Assembly: GCA_951406725.2 (NCBI GenBank) | Contig: OX597834.1 | Coordinates: 19,468,001-19,532,000 of the forward strand | Length of the DNA stretch: 64,000 nt | Source of the DNA: Octopus vulgaris | Lineage: Eukaryota | Direction: 5' to 3' | Shown: in pieces, positions 40,290 to 53,676 of the stretch | Numbering within the stretch: the stretch's first letter is position 1 | Layout of the letters: every line of letters begins with the position of its first letter | Translations under genes and position numbers: made by a program | Notes under the pieces: model-generated | Told to the model about the DNA's origin: nothing | The model's input: only the letters and a program-made list of their open reading frames with translations | Databases searched by the model: none

Positions 40290-40711
40290 CTCCTTTACTC
40301 CTTTACTCCTTTACTTGTCTCAGTCATTTGACTGCGGCCATGCTGGAGCACCGCCTTTAGTTGAGCAAATCGACCCCGGGACTTATTCTTTGTAAGCCCA
40401 GTACTTATTCTATCGGTCTCTTTTTGCCGAACCGCTAAGTGACGGGGACGTAAACACACCAGCATCGGTTGTCAAGCAATGCTAGGGGGAAAAACACAGA
40501 CACATAAACATATACACACACATACATACATATATATATACATATATACGACAGGCTTCTTTCAGTTTCCATCTACCAAATCCACTCACAAGGCATTGGT
40601 CGGCCCGGGGCTATAGCAGAAGACACTTGCCCAAGATGCCACGCAGTGGGACTGAACCCAGAACCATGTGGTTGGTTAGCAAGCTACTTACCACACAGCC
40701 ACTCCTGCGCC
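40290..40711 (-). mobile_element. SINE family A, full length, very young
   Basis: CpGs largely intact; 7-bp TSD TATCTTA (40283-40289, 40712-40718); (ctccttta)n tail. Confidence 0.95.
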
Positions 40712-41178
40712 TATCTTAATAATTTTTCATTGAGTTCCAGTGGTGAAAAATAGTCCAGTGGATATGAAATTTCGTTTCTTTTTACATGGCAATGATTCCA
40801 GTGTCACAGAATTTTCAGATAAAAATATTACTGGGGGCCTGTTCTCTCTTTCAAATTTCTGTTGTTCTTCATCCTCATCGTTTCAGCTTCAGTTTTCCAT
40901 GATTGCAGATTTTGTACAGCTAGATGCTTTCCCTGTTGCCAACCCTCATCGATTTCCAAGCAAAGTAATATTTCTCTATTGCTAGATTATATGTGTTTTG
41001 CAGAATACTGGGAATGAACGACACTGCTTGTATGACAGTGACAATCATTTACAACTATTAAGCGATGTCAAAAAAAAAAAGAGACTCATGCACACAGACA
41101 CTCTCACTCGCACATGCACATACACACATACATACATACATACATACATACATACATACTTGCATACATACATACATA

Positions 41179-41522
41179 AGCCCGAGACCCCCTTTGGTTA
41201 GACACTGACCATGGGCTTGCACCTAGAAAGTTACCCTCCCAGGCACAAATCCAGGCAAGGTTGTTTATAGAAGACCAGCAGTCGCCCATGCATACCAGCC
41301 TCCCCTCTCCACGCCACCAGTGTTATCCAAGTGAAAGGCAAAGGGGCCGATACAGCTTGGCACCCGTGACATCGCAACTCATTTCTACAGCTGAGTGAAC
41401 TGGAGCAACGTGAAATAAAGTATCTTGCTCAAGAACACAACACGCAGCCCGATCCAGGATTCAAGCTCACAACCTCATGATCGTAAGCTCGATGCTCTAA
41501 CAACTGAGCCATGCGCCTTCAC
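41179..41522 (-). mobile_element. CORE-like SINE family E inserted in (CATA)n
   Basis: Minus strand gtgaaggcgcatggctcagttgttagagc...cttgagcaagatactttatttcacgttgctccagttcactcagctg. Confidence 0.88.
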
Positions 41523-41748
41523 ACATACATATATACATACATCGTCAGGACAAAGAAGTAAGAAGCCACAATAAGGTAGACGCCATAGCCACTCATAATA
41601 AAAAGGAGTACTGGTCCCAGTGAAGAACTCAATAGAATGTAAGCTCAACAGACCCAATATAATGAGCTGGGATAGAGAAGAAAAACGGTGTACAGTTGTG
41701 GAAACCAGCTGCCTAAGATCAGTGAAAAAGAGAACACTTATGCTGAAC

Positions 41749-41780
<32 letters not shown>

Positions 41781-42751
41781 TGTATGTATGTACCTACATG
41801 CATACGTGCATACAAATATATATATGTATGCACATTAACCATAGAGAAACTAGATACAATTGGCATTTTCTCCTCCCCATATGATAAAATACTTCATCCT
41901 TTATTACTTGTCTCTATTATTTGAATGTCAAAAGGGTAAAGGTTATCTCTTGCAGTGCCAATCCTATGATCCTGTTTCAATTCCTGGTTGCAACCTTTTC
42001 TGTTTTCTAATGTCCTTAATGCTTTCAATAAACATACAAATGTCACACAATCTAATTTCCTTCTCCGCTAGAAATCAAAGGCATTGTGACAACGTATAGG
42101 AAGTCATTTTTAGATTAATTCATATACATACATACACACATGCATACATATATGCATGTATGTATGTATCTATTTATCAAACATTCTACAAATAGACATT
42201 GATTCCATGATAATATGCACTCCACGCCCCTTTTTGGTTCCTTGTTGTGCCATCTGTTTTATTTCCTCTATAGAACTGGCATAGTGCAGTGTTCAGTGTT
42301 ATTGTTACGAGCTACAAAGGAGGCTAAGGTTTTAATAATATGTAATGTGTCTATGTGAGCATGGACATGTCATTTCTATTCAAAGCCAGAAAATATATGT
42401 ATGTTTGTTTGACATGCATTATCTTATCTTATCTAGCTTCAGCTCACGAGCTGTGGCCATGCTGGGGCACTGCCATTATGTGTGTTGTGTCTTTGTGTCA
42501 TTGTGTTTCTGTTAGCCTCTCTCTGTCTAACAACCGGTGTTGGTTTGTTTAATTCCCTGTAACTCAGTGTTTCTGTAAAAAGGCACTGATAGACTTACAA
42601 TTAAAAATAAATTCTGTGTTTGATTTGATTGGCTAAACCCTATAAGGTAGTGTCTGAGTCCAGCACCATCATCTCAGTCAAAAGGCTGAATGAGTATACA
42701 TGCATATATGCGTGTGTGTGTGTGTATGTGTGTGTGCATGTGTGTATATGT

Positions 42752-43094
42752 GTGGCTGTGTGGCTGTGTGGTAAGAAGCTTGATTCCCAACCACATGGTT
42801 ACAGGTTCTGTTCCACTGTGTGGCACCCTGGGTAAAATGTCTTCTATTATAACCTTGCTTTGACCAAAACCTTGTAAGTGGATTTCGTAGACAGAAACTG
42901 AAAGAAGCATCTTGTATGCGTGTGTGTGTTTCTGTACTTGTCTCCCCCATCCCCACAAACATCGCCTGACAACCAATGTTGGTGTGTTTACGTCCCCATA
43001 ACTTAGTTGTTTGGCAAAAGAGACTGATAGAATAAGTGCTAGACTTACAAAGAATCAGTCCTGGGGTTGATTTGTTTGACTAAAAATGGTGCAC
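42752..43094 (+). mobile_element. SINE family A (extra tail fragments at ~42415-42690)
   Basis: Colinear with 27863-28266. Confidence 0.85.
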
Positions 43095-43278
43095 CTATAA
43101 ATATTCCAGATTCCTGTTTTGTTATAAATAAATACATAGATAATTGCATATATATATATATACATAATAATTATTTGAGGGAATAATAATGATGTAATTA
43201 GATGGTGTAATTTAATTGTTCATTTTGAATTGATAAAAGGTGTTTCTTTTCTAATTTTTATATATATATATATATATA

Positions 43279-43432
<154 letters not shown>

Positions 43433-43441
43433 CATATATAT

Positions 43442-43499
<58 letters not shown>

Positions 43500-44036
43500 G
43501 CTAGATAGATACATAGATGGATAGATAAATAGATGTATAAGTATATTTTATTGTGTCTGGCCCATCACCTCTCTCTCACATATACGCACAAATAAATACT
43601 CACGCTTGCACATATGATGCAACATATGCATAGACAAATGAATATGATATATCGTAACAGGAAATAGAGACAAAGAAGTGCAGTAATATAATGCACATTT
43701 GTGCACACATTGGCATGTGTGCATCTGCGTGCGTGTCAGTATGAAATAACATTTTGTGAGTTGGAAACTATATTAATAACTATGTGTGTCAATGTACATG
43801 TTTATGTGTGTGTGTATATACACACACTCACACACACATATGTATATGTATGTATTTGCATGTAGCTATATAAAGATATATGTATACATGTATATGCACA
43901 TATATATATATATATACACACACAAACACACATGCATATATATATACATATGTATAAATGAATATGTGTAAGTATATATGTGTGTGTATATACATACATA
44001 TGCATATATGTATATGTAAATGTATATGTATATATG

Positions 44037-44069
<33 letters not shown>

Positions 44070-44746
44070 GTATGTTTATATATATATATATATGTTTGTG
44101 TGTTTGTGTTTCTAAGGGAAGTGAGTGCATGCCTGTGCCATGAATAATACATACTGCTGTATAGCAACGATCAGAGTGCATTTCAGATTAATATTATCAA
44201 CTATTGTGTTTGATGGTGTTACACATTCCCTCGAGGGGCAACTGTCCTAAATAAAGGTGTCACTTAATTGATTATGTGTGACTTTGTCTCTTTTCGCCCA
44301 GTCAGTGCATAACAGTGTACGAGTTTAAGTAGATGGCGTGCGTATGTGCGATGCAACGAGAGATAGAGCATACATATATACATACATACATATGCATATA
44401 TATATATATATACACACTCATACACACAAATATATAGATTATATTATGCATTTTCTTTTGGCTCTAGTGTAAACTGTTGTGATATACGAGATATACAATG
44501 ATATATAAATGCTGTTTGAATCTGACCTCCATTGTAGTTTATCATCCAGCTGAAAATAGATGTAAAAATTTTCTAAGGACTTTTTGGTATTTATTTCGGA
44601 TGAGTTAGTCGTACATTGTTATGTCATGATAAAAGGCACGATCGCTCCATATTGTCTCCTTTTTCTATGTTTCTTTTTTACTTATTGCTTAGATATTTTT
44701 TGCAATTTTTCTTTTTAGGACTGCTAGGCTGTGATGTTTGCACATT

Positions 44747-44853
<107 letters not shown>

Positions 44854-44854
44854 T

Positions 44855-45061
44855 GCAGTATGCTGGTAGAATTGTTAGCATGCTATGCAAAATGCTGAAC
44901 GGCATTTCATCTGTCTGCATGTCCTGAGTTCAAATTCTGCTGAGTTCAAATTTGCCTTCCGTTCTTTCGGGGGTCGATAAAATTAGTTCAGTACTGGGGT
45001 CAATGTAATCAACTTAATCCCTCCCCCCAAAATTTCAGGCCTTGTGCCTACAGCAGAAAGG

Positions 45062-45119
<58 letters not shown>

Positions 45120-45580
45120 ACTATTATTGTGCTGGGAGAAACATTCACATGTTGGACAAAATGCCTTGTGGTATTTCGTCCATTGCTCTATCCTGAGTTG
45201 AAATTCCACCGAGGTCGATTTCTGCCTTTCATCATTTTGGGGTTGATAAATAAAGAACCAGTTGAGCACTGGGGATCGATGTAACTGACTCATCCCCTCC
45301 CCCTAAATTGCTGCCCTTGTGGCAAAATTTGAAACCATTATTATTATTATTATTATCAATAAGGCAGCAAGCTAGCAGAATTGTTAGCAGGCCAGGGAAA
45401 ATGCTTAGTGGTGTTTCATACATCTTTACATTTTGAGTTCAAATTCCACCAAGTTTGACTTGCTATTCATTCTTCTGGGGTCGACAAAATAAGTATTAGT
45501 CGAGCATTGGGGTCGATGTATTTGACTTTCTCACAACCCTGAACTTTCTGGCATTCTACCAAAATTTGAAGCCAATATTA
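44855..45580 (+). mobile_element. three head-to-tail SINE family B relatives separated by (ATT)n
   Basis: Central gcct(t)tc.t.c(c)ttt.ggggt.gataaa motif at ~44955, ~45225, ~45465; each unit followed by ATT repeats. Confidence 0.8.
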
Positions 45581-45843
45581 TTATCATCATTATTATTATT
45601 ATCATTATTATTATTATTATTATTATTCTATGTTTGACTTTTGCTTTATGTCTGTACAAGTTGGCTCCAAGTCTCACCCAGAGACCTCAAGAGACAACAG
45701 GTTGGAAGTTCTGTGCCATATATTTGGGTTTTTTTTTTTTTTTGGTGTTGTACGAGTGAATGTCTAATACATAAAAATAAAATTTTAAAAAAAAAAAATT
45801 AAAAATAAATAAATAAAATAAAATAAATAAAAAAGTTTTATTG

Positions 45844-45883
<40 letters not shown>

Positions 45884-46039
45884 GAAGGCAGTGAACTGGC
45901 AATGTCATTAGCACACCAGACAAAATGCTTAGCAGTATTTTGTCTGTCGTCATATTCTGAGTTCAGCTTGGAAAACGGATGCTAAAGGATGATGATGATG
46001 TTATATGTATGTATGTCACTGTTCAGTTTTATTTCAAGA

Positions 46040-46215
46040 TTCCTTGCCAATAGAGAAAGAGACGTTTTCTAATCTAGATCCCGGCTCCTTGATTGGAATT
46101 TCAACATCAGCAACAGTGGATTTTTGTATGTATTATGTATGTGTGTGTGTGTATGTATTTATGTATGTATGTATGTATGTATGTATGTATGTATGTATGT
46201 ATGTATGTATGCAGG

Positions 46216-46249
<34 letters not shown>

Positions 46250-46335
46250 TGTATGTATGTTTATATGTATGTATGCAGGTATGTATGTATGTATGTGTGT
46301 ATGTATGTATGTATGCAGGTATGTATGTATGCAGG

Positions 46336-46369
<34 letters not shown>

Positions 46370-46755
46370 TCTATGTATGTATGTACGTACATATGTATGT
46401 AATTTTACTAATGTAACATACTTTGTACAGTGAGTTCTGCCTAGCGTTGTAATCAATGAAAATTACATCTTTAATGAAAATAATATCATTAGCATTAATA
46501 ATTCATGCAAAGATAGGCAAGGGAGACAACTTGGAAATCCATGAAATTTTCCTTGCCAATAGAGAAAGAGACGGTTTCTAATCTAGATCCCGGCTCCTTG
46601 ATTGGAATTTCAACATCAGCAACAGAAGATTTTTGTTTGTTTGTATGTATGTATGTATGTATGTATGTATGTATGTATGTATGTATGTATGTATGTGTGT
46701 ATGTATGTATGCAGGTATATATGTATGTATGTATGCAGGTATGTATGTATGCAGG

Positions 46756-46789
<34 letters not shown>

Positions 46790-46964
46790 TATATGTACGT
46801 ACATATGTATGTAATTATACTAATGTAACATACTTTGTACAGTGAGCTCTGCCTAGCGTTGTAATCAATGAAAATTACATCTTTAATGAAAATAATATCA
46901 TTAGCATTAATAATTCATGTAAAGACTGGCAAGGGAGACAACTTGGAAATCCATGAAATTTTCC
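46040..46964. repeat. tandem duplication of a ~0.4-0.5 kb unit (46040-46552, 46549-46964)
   Basis: Unique flanks near-identical, internal (TATG)n differs in length, TTCC microhomology at the junction. Confidence 0.92.
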
Positions 46965-47555
46965 CAACCATTTTTCCATCTCCCATAATTATTGTAATTA
47001 TTACACGTAAACTCATATTACATGTGTTCAATATTTAATGACTTAAAAGGGATTCTGGAGATTTTATTATTTTCATTAAACATGGAATTCAGAAAATCAA
47101 AACTATAAAAATTAAAATGAAATATAAAAATGAAGGAAAAATCTCTCAAATTATTACTTTTTAAATATGATGATCATCATTTGTTTCCAGCTAAATTCCC
47201 ATTAAGGATGCTTTAAATTATTTTGATGTAGAATATTCCAATGTAACACATTTCCATAATGAATGCTAAATGTTGTTCTTCAAAGAAAACGAAATATTTT
47301 CAGGTTACATAATTTTCTTTAATTCAAAAATCTTTAATTCTCGTTTTCCAAGCAGCTTAGTTGTGTATGTTTGTGTGTGAGTATGTATGTATGTATGTAT
47401 GTGGAATATATGTATAAACATATATATATATATATATATATATAGTGCACATGCATATCTATGTATATATACATAATATATAACATATGTATATTTACCC
47501 CTCTCTCTGTGTCTATCTACGCATATATATATATATACATATATAAATATATATA

Positions 47556-47626
<71 letters not shown>

Positions 47627-47736
47627 CAGAGAGAGAGAATATTTATTGATAAGTGTATATTTATAGATATGTATCTATATATTTGTATATATGTAAGTAT
47701 ATAAAATGATATATAAAACATATATACCTATATATT

Positions 47737-47787
<51 letters not shown>

Positions 47788-47805
47788 CATATGTATATAT
47801 ATATA

Positions 47806-48020
47806 CGAAATGTGACCTCGTGTGTACCGTTGGCGATTTTTTTTCCTCCGTCTTCCCTTCTCTGGATCTTTCCTTCTCCTATGTTTCCGACGAAGAGCTC
47901 CACTCGAAACGTTGAAACCTTCCTTCTTTCCTTCTTTCCTGAGCGTCCAATAATACTATATTTGTTTCCATGTCCTCTCGTTGTTGTGTTTTTTTGTGCT
48001 TTCTTGTTTGGATTAACTTT
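47806..48020 (+). mobile_element. hammerhead-bearing short element, relative of the 12147/30835 family, in (TA)n
   Basis: GTTT CCGACGAA GAG CTCCA CTC GAAA CG TT G AAAC (47883-47918) plus shared downstream ttcctgagcg...atttgttt. Confidence 0.65.
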
Positions 48021-48595
48021 ATATGTATATATATAATGTATATATATATGTATATGATATACATGTGTATGCATAATTATATATGTTTATCCTAATGTTT
48101 ATTATTACCAGGGCACTAAGACAATTTTAGTAATCGGCATGATAAAACCAAAATTAGTTTCCTGTTCTTAACCATTCTAAACTTGAATCATACATTGTAA
48201 TCGCCCACCCCTCTTGTACAGACATGATCTAGAAAACAATATTTATTTGTCCTTTTTTTTCAGTTGCCTTCCCTCATAATTTAATCTACTATAGACTCAT
48301 TCTTTCTGAACTGAGTCAAACAGAAAAAAAAATAATAATAAGATGATAGAACTGAAAATAAGGGTAAATAATGTGGTAGAATCTGTAACATGCTATATTC
48401 CTAAATGGTACCATGATATAAAAATATTTTAGAAATATCTGCCCTAATGTGTAATTGACTTATTTACTCCTGTGGGTTTATTTTTTCCTGTTCTCTTATC
48501 ATTTTTTATTTTACCATTTATAGCACTTACCATTTTGTTAGCATCTACACATGTACACAAATATGAATGTATACTCGTGCACACTAAAATTCTCA

Positions 48596-48669
<74 letters not shown>

Positions 48670-48672
48670 TAT

Positions 48673-48711
<39 letters not shown>

Positions 48712-48714
48712 TAT

Positions 48715-48910
48715 ATTCATATATATATGTATATATACACCTATACAGGCTTACATATGTTGTGTATGTGTGTATTATTGTATGTATACACATAATATAG
48801 TTATATATATATTCATATATATATGTATATATACACCTATACAGGCTTACATATGTTGTGTATGTGTGTATTATTGTATGTATACACATAATATAGTTAT
48901 ATATATATTC
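48715..48910. repeat. 96-bp tandem duplication
   Basis: Units starting at 48715 and 48811. Confidence 0.9.
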
Positions 48911-49019
48911 TGTGTATGTATCGTAGCTCTTATACTTATTCTATCGGTCGCTTTTGCCGAACTGCTAAGTTACAAGGACACAAACACTTAAATATATACA
49001 TATACATATATATATACAC

Positions 49020-49196
49020 GTGGCACGTAAAAATCACCCACTACACTCACAGAGTGGTTGGCGTTAGGAAGGGCATCCAGCTGTAGAAACGTTGCCAGAT
49101 AAGACCGGAGCCTGGTGCAGCCTCCTGGCTTCCCAGACCCCAGTTGAACCGTCCAACCCATGCTAGCATGGAGAACGGATGTTAAACGATGGTGAT
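49020..49196 (+). mobile_element. family C element 3' segment
   Basis: Closely matches 56597-56780. Confidence 0.85.
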
Positions 49197-49489
49197 ATAT
49201 ATATATATATATATACATATATACATATACATACAGAAACGTGTCCACATGCACAATTTTGAGTGTGTGAGTTGTTGGCTCTCCAATCCATGCTAGCATG
49301 GATCAAGGGATGTTAACTGATGATGAGGATGATGCTGATAATGATGGACCTCTTCAAATGACATTTTTGCGATACACCAGGAATATTTTGTATAATTTCA
49401 CTCAGAAAATTATCACAGTATAAAGTTCTCGTTTTTTGATGTCTTCCAATAATATTAGACCTGAAATGAAACAAAAGCACAAACGTATC

Positions 49490-49932
49490 CTCCCTCTCTC
49501 TCTCCTCCTCCCTCTTTCTATCTCTTTCACCCACTCTCTCACCCCGAAACACACACACTCACATTCTCTCTCTCTCTCTCTTACACACATACACACATAC
49601 ATACACACATACACACTCTTTCTCACACATACGTTTTCTCTCTCTCTCTCACACACACATGCTCTCTCTCACATACATACTCTTTCTCACACTCACACAC
49701 TCACACATACACACTCACACATATACACTCTCTCTCACATATACATTCTCTCTCTCTCTCTCACAGACACATGCACTCTCTCTCTCACAACACACACACA
49801 CTCATGCACACAAATATACACTCTCTTTCACACACATACATTCTCTTTCAAACACACACACACACACACTCTCTCTCTCTCTTTCTCTCTCTGACACACA
49901 CATACTCTCTCTCTCTCTCTCACACACACAGA

Positions 49933-49963
<31 letters not shown>

Positions 49964-50016
49964 TCACACACTCTCTCTCACACACACATACACTTACACT
50001 CTCTCTCACACACTCA
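49490..50016. repeat. (CT)n/(CA)n low-complexity tract
   Basis: Visible. Confidence 0.9.
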
Positions 50017-50107
50017 CATTAGCCACAGACCTCAATAACTTATGTTTGATTATCAAATATCACTACTTACTATTATCTTTCATTATTCTTTTTTTTTTCT
50101 ATTTCAG

Positions 50108-50247
50108 GTAATATTTTCAGATTCTTTGGTTGATTTTCAGAAAATAAGAGAAATTTCTTTTATGTTTGTTTGTGATGGAGTAAAAGCCTCCTCTGTTGAT
50201 AATCAATATGGAAATGCACTGACTGAATAAATGTTTGTTTTCCAGAG
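50108..50247 (+). other. candidate 140-nt non-coding exon / recursive-splice exon
   Basis: Strong acceptor ttcttttttttttctatttcag| followed by GTAATA; consensus donor GAG|GTAAGT at 50247/50248; stops in all three frames. Confidence 0.4.
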
Positions 50248-50879
50248 GTAAGTCACTTAAATATTTCTAAATATATAATGACGCGAACATATAATTGAAT
50301 AATTTGAGAAGATTGTCTGTGTAGACAAAAATGTTTATTTATAACCTCCGACTACATTCGATACTTCTGTAAAAATGTCAATAATTACAATTGAAATCGC
50401 ACCATTAACAGCTCGGAGGTTTTTTCATTGGACTTTTCAAGGCATTTGAACTTGTGTAGAATGTGAAGTCATTTCATCATTAGCCTCTCGTTACACTCAC
50501 CAAAATATCTATTATCGTTGCCTTCTAACAGTAAATTAGAACCTAGAATCAGTGGAAGGATGGTGTTCCCAAGTTCAAAGGATCATTAGTATTGGTGTGA
50601 GAATGTAGAACGAAGGTTCGCAAATTGGGAATATTTTGCATGGAGCCACTGAACCTCTGCTAATCACATAGAATGAGCTATGTATATTGAATTTAAATAT
50701 ATTCTGTCTTCTAAGGTGTTTGTATTGTTTCATATATGTTATATATATATATATATATACATATATGCATGCATACACATATATACAGAGAGAGACAGAG
50801 TGTGTGTGATATCTTTGTTCTCTACCTTTAAGAATATATGTGCATCTGTTTGATATATGTATATACAAAGTATACCAAT

Positions 50880-51530
50880 ATATATATATATTTACATACA
50901 TATATATATATATACATATATATATATATGTATGGATATATACATATATATACATATGTATATATATATGTATGTATATATACATATATATACATATATA
51001 TATATATATGTATGTATATATACATATATATATATGTATGTATATATACATATATATACATATGTATATATATATGTATGTATGTATATATACATATATA
51101 TACATATGTATATATATATGTATATATGTATATATACATATATATACATATGTATATATATATATATGTATGTATATATACATATATATACATATGTATA
51201 TATGTATGTATATATATATATATATATATACATATGTATATATATATGTTTGTATGTATATACACATATATATACATATGTATATATATATGTATGTATG
51301 TATATATACATATATATACATATGCATATATATATATATGTATATATACATATATATATACATATGTATATATATATGTATGTATATATACATATATATA
51401 CATATGTATATATATATATGTATATATACATATATACATATGTATATATATATGTATGTATATATACATATATATGTATATATATATATATATATACATA
51501 TATATATACATATGTATATATATGTATGTG
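50880..51530. repeat. complex TA/TATG/CATA microsatellite
   Basis: Visible. Confidence 0.95.
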
Positions 51531-52710
51531 TGTTATATATTCATATATATAAATTATATATATATAATAAGCATAAAATATGATAAAACATAATTCATAT
51601 AAAATATTTATCGTACATATTTATTATATATATATATATATGTGTGCGTGTGTGTCTTTATATAGTTACCAAGATGTGATGAATGTTTATGCAAATCTCG
51701 AGGCTGTCGCACAATTGTTTGGAAGTGGTCATTAAGAAAACTTGTTGCAAAAACAGCTAGCTAATATCAAATGTAATACAAAGCCTCGAAGCGTTGTGTT
51801 TCTTCCTATCAGACTGCCTGCGGACTGTTTTATCAAAGCCAAATATTCTGACAATATGCTTGGTGTAAATGAATAAACAGAGTCTTCCCTTATTGTCTAA
51901 GTGGGAGTTTGTTTTGCTCTCTTATGACAGAATTGTGTTTTCTTTCTGGTTAGGGTATTAGATATCTGCTAATATTTGCTTAGGAAATATTATATTCCAT
52001 ATTTCTCTACTTCAGTAAGCTTAAGAAACCTGCAGTGTTGTTTTGTGTGGAGTGAAGGAACCACCTGACACGTACATACATACACACATGCATACATACA
52101 TACATACATACATACATGCATGCATGCATACTTGCATATGTACACATACATTCATACATATGTACATATACACATACATACATACATACATACATATGCA
52201 CATATATACATACAGACAGACAGACAGACAGACTATCATGCATATATATACACACACACATTCATGCATATATACACATACATGCATACCTGTGTATGTG
52301 CACGTATACATTCATGCATACATACATATATGCAGACAGACATTCATGCATATATACATGCACATACATACATAAATACACACATACATACTTGCATATG
52401 CACACACATACATTCATGCATACGTACTCACATACATATATACAGACAGTCATTCATGCATATATGCACACACATACATTCATGCGTATATACACACACA
52501 TACATACTTATATTCATACATACTTATATTCACACACACATATATAAATATATAAGAACTATGATATATATATGTAGAATATATATAACTATATTATGTG
52601 TATACATACAATAATAGACACATGCACAACATACGTAAGTCTGTATATGTGTATATATACAGGTTTTTATGTATGTACATTTATTTCAAGATATAAATAT
52701 GTGTATTTTT

Positions 52711-52962
52711 TTATTCTTTTACTTGTTTCAGTCATTTGGCTGTGGCCATGCTGAAGCACCACTACCTTAACAGGTTTTAGTCGAAGAACTCAATCTCAGG
52801 ACTTGTTCTTTGTAAGCCTAGTACTTATTCTATTGGTCTCTTTTGCCAAACTGCTAAGTTACAGGGACCTAAACATACCAACATCAGCTATCAAGTGATG
52901 GTGGGGAGGTAAAATCCGACTCAAAGACACACACACACACATGAATATATATACATATATAT

Positions 52963-53020
<58 letters not shown>

Positions 53021-53179
53021 AGGCTTCCTTAAGTTTCCGTCTACCAAATCCACTCACAAAGATTTGGCCACCCTGAGGCTATAGTAGAAGACACTTGCTC
53101 AAAGTCTCATGCAGTAGGACTGAACTTGGAACCATGTGGTTTGGAAGCAAGCTTCTTACTACACAGCCACGCATGTGCC
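52711..53179 (-). mobile_element. SINE family A, full length
   Basis: Colinear with 40290-40711. Confidence 0.9.
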
Positions 53180-53336
53180 TATATACACATGTATACACAT
53201 TTAGGCATATACATGCACATATATATGTAAATACACTTACATAGTCATAAACATATATATATATATATATATATATATCCACATACAAACAAAAGTTTTA
53301 CACAGATATATGCAAGTGTGCACATATATATATATA

Positions 53337-53413
53337 TGTATGTGTGTATGTATGTATGTATGTACGTATGTATGTATGTATGTATGTATGTATGTATGTA
53401 TGTATGTATGTAC

Positions 53414-53444
<31 letters not shown>

Positions 53445-53445
53445 C

Positions 53446-53476
<31 letters not shown>

Positions 53477-53565
53477 TGTATGTATGTATGTATGTATGTA
53501 TGTATGTATATATGTATGTATGTATGTACGTATGTATGTATGTATGTATGTATGTATGTATGTAT
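53337..53565. repeat. (TATG)n microsatellite
   Basis: Visible. Confidence 0.95.
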
Positions 53566-53642
53566 TCACAAACATGAACTTGCATGCAAACATATATTCA
53601 TATACACACACTTTCATCTCCCTCACTATCTCTTCATGTATG

Positions 53643-53676
<34 letters not shown>

